This document shows positions 55,044 to 61,006 of a stretch of 64,000 bases of DNA, in pieces (position 1 is the first letter of the stretch; each line of letters begins with the position of its first letter). The stretch is taken from NCBI GenBank assembly GCA_041842465.1, contig JBGYXG010000040.1, positions 1,788-65,787 on the forward strand, given 5' to 3'. The DNA comes from Candidatus Limimorpha sp. GTDB lineage: Bacteria > Bacteroidota > Bacteroidia > Bacteroidales > F082. Below the pieces are notes generated by a model. That model was given only the letters and a program-made list of their open reading frames with translations. It was not told where the DNA came from and did not search any database. Made by a program: the position numbers and the translations under genes.

Positions 55044-56186
55044 TTACTGCTTTACATCCAAAGCCTCTCTTAATGCATTGCCTACCAGCATAAAGGCAAG
55101 TACCAACAGCATGATGGCGACGCCGGGCAGTATGGCTAAGTAGGCGGCATCGAGGATGATGAAAGCATAGTTTTCCTTGATTATGCTGCCCCACGACGGC
55201 ATGGGAGGCTGCACGCCGATGCCGAGGAAGCTGAGACCGGCCTCCAATAGAATGGCGGAAGCAAAGTTGGCAGCCGACACCACGATGATGGGGTTGATGA
55301 TGTTGGGCAGGATGTGGCGGAAGATGATGCGTGCATTCTTGAAGCCTAAGGCACGTCCCGCCTCGACAAAAGTTGTCTCGCGTATCGAAAGAATCTGTCC
55401 GCGGACAATGCGGGCTACTTCCACCCACATGGTCAGTCCCACGGCAATGAACACTTGAGCAATGCCCTTGCCCAAAGCGAAGGTGATGGCGATGACCAGC
55501 AGCAGGGTGGGGATGGACCATACCACATTGATGAACCATACCACGGCATCATCGATACGTCCCCTGAAAAAACCGCCCACGCTGCCTACGCTGATGCCGA
55601 TGATGAGGCTGAGAAACACGGCAATGAAGCCGACTGTCAGGCTGATGCGGCAGCCCAGCACCAGGCGGCTGAAAAAGTCGCGCCCGAACTGGTCGGTGCC
55701 CAACAGAAACTTTTGGTGTATGGTGCAATGTTGCCTGATGTAGGTGTCGGCGGCTTCGGCACTGTTGAAAACGGTACCGGCGATTTCGCTGTTGGCGATA
55801 TGCCGCGTTTCCGCTTGACCGTCTTTCTCTGCATCAAATAAAAAAACAAGGGTGTGGCTTTGTTCGACATGCAGACTGTCGTAAGGCAGATAGGTGCAGC
55901 TGTCGGGTGTTCCGCTGAGTAGTGTTCTGAGCCACCCTTGTTTCGGAGTGGGGTTCTCCTTGGGAAGTATCAGCATGTCCACCTCGAAACCGGGCTTTTG
56001 CGTGCTAAGCTCTAACAGCTGCCGGTTGGCGTTGGGAGTGGGGTCGGGGATGATGTGATAGGCAAAGACCGCCAGCATAGCGATGGCGAAGATGAAGACC
56101 GATGCCGTCATTCCCAGAATGTTCTTCCGGAAACGCCGCCACGCCACTGTCGCGGGAGAGGTCGCTCTGTTGTTTTTCTTTGCCAT
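55044..56186 (-). CDS. ABC transporter permease, DppC/OppC-like
   Basis: EAA-loop region FVEAGRALGFKNARIIFRHILPN and C-terminal GLSFLGIGVQPP. The start is set at MAKKNNRA. Confidence 0.85.
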   Translation of the reverse strand: MAKKNNRATSPATVAWRRFRKNILGMTASVFIFAIAMLAVFAYHIIPDPTPNANRQLLELSTQKPGFEVDMLILPKENPTPKQGWLRTLLSGTPDSCTYLPYDSLHVEQSHTLVFLFDAEKDGQAETRHIANSEIAGTVFNSAEAADTYIRQHCTIHQKFLLGTDQFGRDFFSRLVLGCRISLTVGFIAVFLSLIIGISVGSVGGFFRGRIDDAVVWFINVVWSIPTLLLVIAITFALGKGIAQVFIAVGLTMWVEVARIVRGQILSIRETTFVEAGRALGFKNARIIFRHILPNIINPIIVVSAANFASAILLEAGLSFLGIGVQPPMPSWGSIIKENYAFIILDAAYLAILPGVAIMLLVLAFMLVGNALREALDVKQ

Positions 56187-56283
56187 GAGGGGACAAAAGT
56201 AGGGATTTCGCCTGAAATGAAGACGAAATTTCTGTGGGAAGAATTTTTTTTGCCCAAAATGCTGCGGGTTGAATAAAAAGTTG

Positions 56284-56291
56284 TATTTTTG
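56284..56291 (+). promoter_or_regulatory. -7 box TATTTTTG for tRNA-His
   Basis: Exact TAnnTTTG match 17 nt upstream of the tRNA. Confidence 0.45.
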
Positions 56292-56307
56292 CAGTCGCAA
56301 ATCTGAT

Positions 56308-56385
56308 GGTGGATGTAGCTCAGCTGGTTAGAGTACCGGATTGTGGTTCCGAGGGTCGTGGGTTCGAATCCCATCTTCCACCCCA
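56308..56385 (+). tRNA. tRNA-His (anticodon GTG), with encoded G-1 and CCA
   Basis: I folded it by hand: G-1 opposite C73, anticodon loop TTGTGGT, T-arm GTGGG-TTCGAAT-CCCAT, and a 3' CCA. Confidence 0.9.
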
Positions 56386-56387
56386 AC

Positions 56388-56417
56388 AAAAAAAGAGGTT
56401 ATAAACCTCTTTTTTTG
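56388..56417. terminator. bidirectional hairpin terminator (tRNA-His / dapD)
   Basis: A-run, stem AGAGGTT/AACCTCT, then T7. Confidence 0.65.
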
Positions 56418-56441
56418 TTTCAATTTCATTCAAAACTGTTT

Positions 56442-57263
56442 CTAAACAGGTACGTTGAAATCGCGCAAGGCCTCGTTGAGCGATGTTTTCAGGTCGGTTG
56501 AGGCTTTCCGTTTTCCGATGATCAGTGCGCAAGGCACTTGAAAATCACCGGCGGGGAAATGCTTGGTATAGCTACCGGGAATCACGACGGAACGTGCAGG
56601 TACTACGCCTTCGTAGCAGGCGAGTTCCTTTGAGCTGACATCGATGATCTTGGTAGAACCCGTGATGACCGTATTGGCGCCCAATACCACTTCCTCTTCA
56701 AGATGCACGCCTTCCACCACCACGCAGCGCGAGCCGATGAAGCAGTGGTCCTCGATGATGACAGGCTGTGCCTGAACGGGTTCCAGCACGCCGCCGATGC
56801 CCACGCCGCCGCTAAGGTGCACATTCTTACCGATTTGGGCGCATGAGCCTACCGTCGCCCAAGTGTCAACCATGGTGCCGCTGCCGATATAAGCGCCGAT
56901 GTTCACGTAAGAAGGCATGAGCACGCAGCCGCGGCCGATGAAACTGCCGTAACGCGCAGTAGCGGGAGGAACCACGCGAATGCCCAGGCCTTCAAAGCCT
57001 TTTTTCAAGGGAATTTTGTCGTAATATTCGAAAATGCCGACTTCCGACGGCTGCATCCGGCTGATTTGGAAATAAAGCAGCACGGCTTCTTTGACCCAGT
57101 CGTTCACCCTCCATTTGCCGGTGACCGCATCTCTTTCGGCAACCCGAATGCGACCCGAGTCCAACATGGAAATCACTTCGCGAATAGCATCTTTTGTGTT
57201 GGATTCATTCAATAGGTTGCGGTCGCCCCAAGCGGCCTCTATCGTAGGTACTAAGGTGTCCAT
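56442..57263 (-). CDS. dapD: 2,3,4,5-tetrahydropyridine-2,6-dicarboxylate N-succinyltransferase
   Basis: Near-identical blocks to E. coli DapD as I recall it: MPSYVNIGAY..GTMVDTWATVGSCAQIGKNVHLSGGVGIGGVLEP. Confidence 0.95.
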   Translation of the reverse strand: MDTLVPTIEAAWGDRNLLNESNTKDAIREVISMLDSGRIRVAERDAVTGKWRVNDWVKEAVLLYFQISRMQPSEVGIFEYYDKIPLKKGFEGLGIRVVPPATARYGSFIGRGCVLMPSYVNIGAYIGSGTMVDTWATVGSCAQIGKNVHLSGGVGIGGVLEPVQAQPVIIEDHCFIGSRCVVVEGVHLEEEVVLGANTVITGSTKIIDVSSKELACYEGVVPARSVVIPGSYTKHFPAGDFQVPCALIIGKRKASTDLKTSLNEALRDFNVPV

Positions 57264-57427
57264 GACGAAAATTTTGAGCAAAGATAGTGATTTTTGAAGC
57301 TGACGCTGAATCGAGGCGGCAATATTATTTTTTCATCATACGCCCCGAGTCGACTCACCGCAGCCGTTTTTCACGACAATGTTCTCTTTCGCAATAATCC
57401 AGCAGTCCGTATGTCGCGAATTATTGC

Positions 57428-57435
57428 TATTTTTG
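57428..57435 (+). promoter_or_regulatory. -7 box TATTTTTG for ruvX
   Basis: Exact TAnnTTTG match 21 nt upstream of the ATG at 57456. Confidence 0.4.
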
Positions 57436-57455
57436 CATATCGAAATCATGCTGAT

Positions 57456-57869
57456 ATGGCGAGGATTATGGCTTTGGACTTAGGAAGGAAGCGATGTGGC
57501 GTGGCGGTTACCGATCCGCTGCAAATCATCGCTACGGGACTGGCGACGGTGGAATCGGCAAAACTGCCCGACTTCGTGAAAGACTATGTCGCCAAGGAAG
57601 AGGTAGAACTGGTAGTCATCGGCGAGCCGAAAGACCTGCACAACAAGCCTTCCGACTGTTCGAAATACATCGAGCCGATTGTCAACCGCTTGCGCAAACT
57701 GCTGCCGCAGATGAAAATCGTGCGCTTTGACGAACGCTTTACTTCGGTTCTCGCCCACCAAGCCATGATTGATTCCGGACTGAAGAAGAAACAACGTCAG
57801 GACAAGGATTTGGTCGATACCATCAGCGCCACGCTCATCCTGCAGTCTTTCATGCAATCGCGTTCATAA
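57456..57869 (+). CDS. ruvX: Holliday-junction resolvase-like RuvX (YqgF)
   Basis: MARIMALDLGRKRCGVAVTD N-terminus and a DER.TS motif. Confidence 0.9.
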   Translation: MARIMALDLGRKRCGVAVTDPLQIIATGLATVESAKLPDFVKDYVAKEEVELVVIGEPKDLHNKPSDCSKYIEPIVNRLRKLLPQMKIVRFDERFTSVLAHQAMIDSGLKKKQRQDKDLVDTISATLILQSFMQSRS

Positions 57870-57909
57870 CAGCCTGATAATCTATTCAAACGAAAAAAAA
57901 CTGTCGAAC

Positions 57910-58476
57910 ATGATATTACCTATTGTAGCCTACGGACATCCGGTGTTGAAAGCCATTGCGAGCGACATCACCCCCGACTATCCCGATTTGGAAAAGCTTA
58001 TTGCAGACATGTACGAAACCATGGCGCATTCTTCGGGCGTGGGGCTGGCCGCCCCGCAAATCAACAAGTCGATACGCCTGTTTGTGATCGACACCAACCC
58101 GTTTTACCCCGATTATCCCGACGGCAAAGGGTTTGTGCAGACCTTTATCAATGCGCAGATCGTCGAGATGTTTGGCGATGATGTCCCTTTCACCGAAGGC
58201 TGTCTGAGTCTGCCTCGTCTTTACGAAGAGGTGATTCGCAAGGACAAGATACGCATCCGTTTCCTTGACGAGCATTTTGTGGAGCATGAGGAAGTGTTTG
58301 AAGGCATACGTTCGCGGGTCATCCAGCACGAATATGACCATTTGGAGGGGCATGTCCATGTCGATCGCATTGCACCGGTACGCAAACTGCTGCTTGCAGG
58401 TAAGTTGCGCGATATTTCCGAAGGCAAATGCGATGTGGATTACAAAATGATTTTTCCGAGGAAAAAATGCAGATGA
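57910..58476 (+). CDS. def: peptide deformylase
   Basis: Motifs GVGLAAPQ, EGCLSLP and HEYDHLEG. Confidence 0.95.
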   Translation: MILPIVAYGHPVLKAIASDITPDYPDLEKLIADMYETMAHSSGVGLAAPQINKSIRLFVIDTNPFYPDYPDGKGFVQTFINAQIVEMFGDDVPFTEGCLSLPRLYEEVIRKDKIRIRFLDEHFVEHEEVFEGIRSRVIQHEYDHLEGHVHVDRIAPVRKLLLAGKLRDISEGKCDVDYKMIFPRKKCR

Positions 58477-58520
58477 ATCGTGCTGTAAATCGTTGAAAAT
58501 TATCATATAAACGTTTAAAG

Positions 58521-59054
58521 ATGAATAAATTATTGAATCTTTTGCTTGGAGTTGCCGTTGTGCTTTCCATTGCTGCCTGCGGTCCTAAAAAAGTGAGCGA
58601 AGCCGACTTGAAAAAGGCGGAAGCCTCGTTGTTTAATGCAGAAGCCGCTGTCAATCAGGAATCTGTTCCCGGCGTGATTGAGACGTACCGCCGTTTTGCC
58701 GATGAGAATCCCGACAACGCATTGGCGCCTGAATACCTTTTCAAGGCCTTCGAGGTGGCCGTCAACTTCGGGGAACCGGTGGAAGCGCTTGAAATGGGCA
58801 ACAAATTGGCTGCAGGTTACCCCGAGTACGAAAAAACGTCCGTCGCCCTGTTCATGATGGGGTCGCTGGTTTACGAAGACAAGCTGCACGATTTGGACAA
58901 GGCGCGTGCCATGTACGATAAAATCCTCAGCAATTATCCGGATAGCGATTTCGCACCTTCGGCGGAGCAGGCTATCAAGAATTTGGGAAAGACACCGGAG
59001 GAACTGATTCGGGAGTTCGAACTGATGAACGCCGATACCGCCGTGATCCAATAA
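58521..59054 (+). CDS. TPR-like lipoprotein
   Basis: Lipobox LSIAAC and TPR-like helices (LDKARAMYDKILSNYPDSDFAPSAE). Confidence 0.7.
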   Translation: MNKLLNLLLGVAVVLSIAACGPKKVSEADLKKAEASLFNAEAAVNQESVPGVIETYRRFADENPDNALAPEYLFKAFEVAVNFGEPVEALEMGNKLAAGYPEYEKTSVALFMMGSLVYEDKLHDLDKARAMYDKILSNYPDSDFAPSAEQAIKNLGKTPEELIREFELMNADTAVIQ

Positions 59055-59073
59055 TTTGAAAAGACAAAATTTG

Positions 59074-59100
59074 AAAAACGCCCTTTGCGGCGTTTTTTTT
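59074..59100 (+). terminator. rho-independent terminator
   Basis: Stem AAACGCC/GGCGTTT followed by T8. Confidence 0.65.
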
Positions 59101-59403
59101 GTGCTGCATAGTGAGGGTATTTGGCACGTTTGCATTGCATGGTGTCGATGCTTAGTCAGGCTGTCTCAAGACAAACATGTTACTAAGCAATAGCACGGCG
59201 TTTCTGCTGGTGTCCAAATACAAGACACTGATATTGAGGTGGAATGAACGTACTTGAAGGACATGATAAAGCGCAAATGTCGAAGGTAACGCAGCGGCCG
59301 GGCATTGATGAGAAACAGCCGGCAAGGATGTCGTGTCGGATCAGGCCTGGCCGAATACAAAAGGGGGTATGCCGTATTGAAAATAGTGTTATTTTTTGCT
59401 GTC

Positions 59404-60101
59404 GTGAAACGACATGCTTTCTTCGGATTTGTTTTGTTGCTGGCTCTTGCCGCCTGCCATACGGACACGCGCGAAGCCAAACGCATGTTGGAGCGTGCCG
59501 CCGCCGTGTTGGAAACCCGTCCTGCCAGCACCTTCCTCCTGATTGACAGCCTGATGCGTACGGAGGCTCCCTTCAGTGAGAAGCAGCGCATGAACTTGAC
59601 CATGCTGCAAGGCGAGGCTTTGTTTGGTCATGCTCTTGAACCTGATTTCGACAAACTGACGGACAGCCTCTCCGACGGTCCCGACTTGGAACATGCCGCT
59701 GACTATTTCTCTGCAAAGAAAGCCTATACCAGGCAGCCAAGGCTGCACTCTTCAACGGCTATGTGCAACAGGACGCCCGCGATAAGAATGCCGCCATGCA
59801 GTCGTTCAAGCAGGCCGAGCACTATGCTGTTCTCGCCGCCGACAGCCTTACATTGGCGAAGGCGCAATACCATATCGGGAAGATGCTGTATGATGAGGGC
59901 TTGTATGAAGACGCCCTGACGCTTTTTCAGGCTGCGGACCAAAACTTCGACGGGCACAAGTCCGAAAAAGCAAGGGCTTACAATATGATGGCGCTCTCTC
60001 ACATCCTTATGGGCGAATACGACAGTGCCGAGGTCTGCCTGAAACAAAGCCTTGGCTTTTCCGAACAATGTTGGGATAAAAAACCTAAATTCAACACCTA
60101 A
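59404..60101 (+). pseudogene. TPR-repeat lipoprotein gene, frameshifted near 59727 and ending at the IS relic boundary
   Basis: A GTG start gives MKRHAFFGFVLLLALAAC (lipobox). The reading frame switches from that of ORF 59305..59919 to that of ORF 59763..60101, and the continuation ...KKAY/QAAKAALFNGYVQQDARDKNAAMQSF... makes sense across the switch. Confidence 0.65.
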
Positions 60102-60946
60102 ATGCAACTTTTGCGGAGGCGCGAGGTGATACAAAATTTACTCAAACGAGAGAGAAGCAAAACCCTCCCCCCTAATGCCAATCTTTGCCTCCGTCCAAAA
60201 GTTCAAAAGAGCGGGTCATCCAACCAAGGAGTAAAGGTGCACGGTTTCTGTAATGAAGCAACAGGTTGCAACAACAGTCGGATCGCCCTCACGACAAGCA
60301 GGGACAAATCCGTGGTCATCCGTGGGCTGAAGCACAGCCGCGACCGGCGCAACGGGCGTTACAATGCCGGTTTCGCACAGCGGAAATTCGAGTGTTGGAA
60401 GCGGGAGAAGCCGAGTCGAATCCGTTTCGCCGAAGCCGTGCGCAAGGCGTGTCGAGGCCTTGCTGAAAGAAGACTACAGCCCGGAACAGGAGGCCGGGCG
60501 GTGCAGGCCGGAGGGCGGGGAGTGTGTCGGTCATGAACGTATCCACGGTCATGCATGGGCGGACAAAAGGCGCGGAGGAGACCTGCACCGCCCGCCTGCG
60601 CCGCAAGGGCAGGCGATACCGCAAGCACGCCGCAGCCGCCGGCAACGGGATGGAGTTCGCGGGTCACAAGGAGACCTGCCTGCAAACCTGGAATAGACGT
60701 ATATTTCGCCCGCCCATGCCACTCTTGGGAACACGGCTTCAACGAGAACACGAACGGCCTTGTCAGGCAATACATACCAAAAGGGGGCTTCGTTCGACAG
60801 GCTGAAGAATGAACCTATCAAAATGATACGGAACAAGTTCAATAACAGACCAAGAAAAAAAACTCGGATTCCTGGCGTCAATTGAATATTTTTTCGCTAA
60901 CTTTGCAAAGTCGAACCAAGGTTTGATCAAAAAAAAGTTGCAATTG
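60100..60946 (+). mobile_element. degenerate IS30-family insertion sequence (transposase with frameshifts and an internal deletion)
   Basis: IS30-like peptides are spread over three frames: IALTTSRDKSVVIRGLKHSRDRRNGRYNAGFAQRK, LLKEDYSPEQ..GHERI....WADKRRGGDLH, RLRRKGRRYRK, DVYFARPCHSWEHGFNENTNGLVRQYIPKG, NNRPRKK and LGFLASIEYFFANF. A 10-bp terminal inverted repeat is present: TGCAACTTTT at 60103..60112 and AAAAGTTGCA at 60933..60942. The element is visibly GC-rich compared with its flanks. Confidence 0.75.
60898..60905 (+). promoter_or_regulatory. -7 box TAACTTTG inside the right end of the IS relic, facing the downstream gene
   Basis: Exact TAnnTTTG match about 100 nt upstream of the ATG at 61007. 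Confidence 0.35.
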
Positions 60947-61006
60947 TAACTTGAATTCAGCTCTTTGAACAATATTCTATCCAAGTTTATTATAAAATAA
61001 AAACGT

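Noticed and set aside
59166-59603. 145-aa minus-strand ORF in the ~300-bp gap after the TPR lipoprotein terminator
   Set aside because: It has no motifs and overlaps the start of the frameshifted TPR pseudogene on the other strand. The gap at 59105-59400 gave no convincing reading in any frame.
60102-60881. A stack of overlapping 66-144-aa ORFs on both strands in a GC-rich block
   Set aside because: They are not independent genes. The + strand ORFs are frame-shifted pieces of one IS30-type transposase, and the - strand ORFs are GC-driven open frames.
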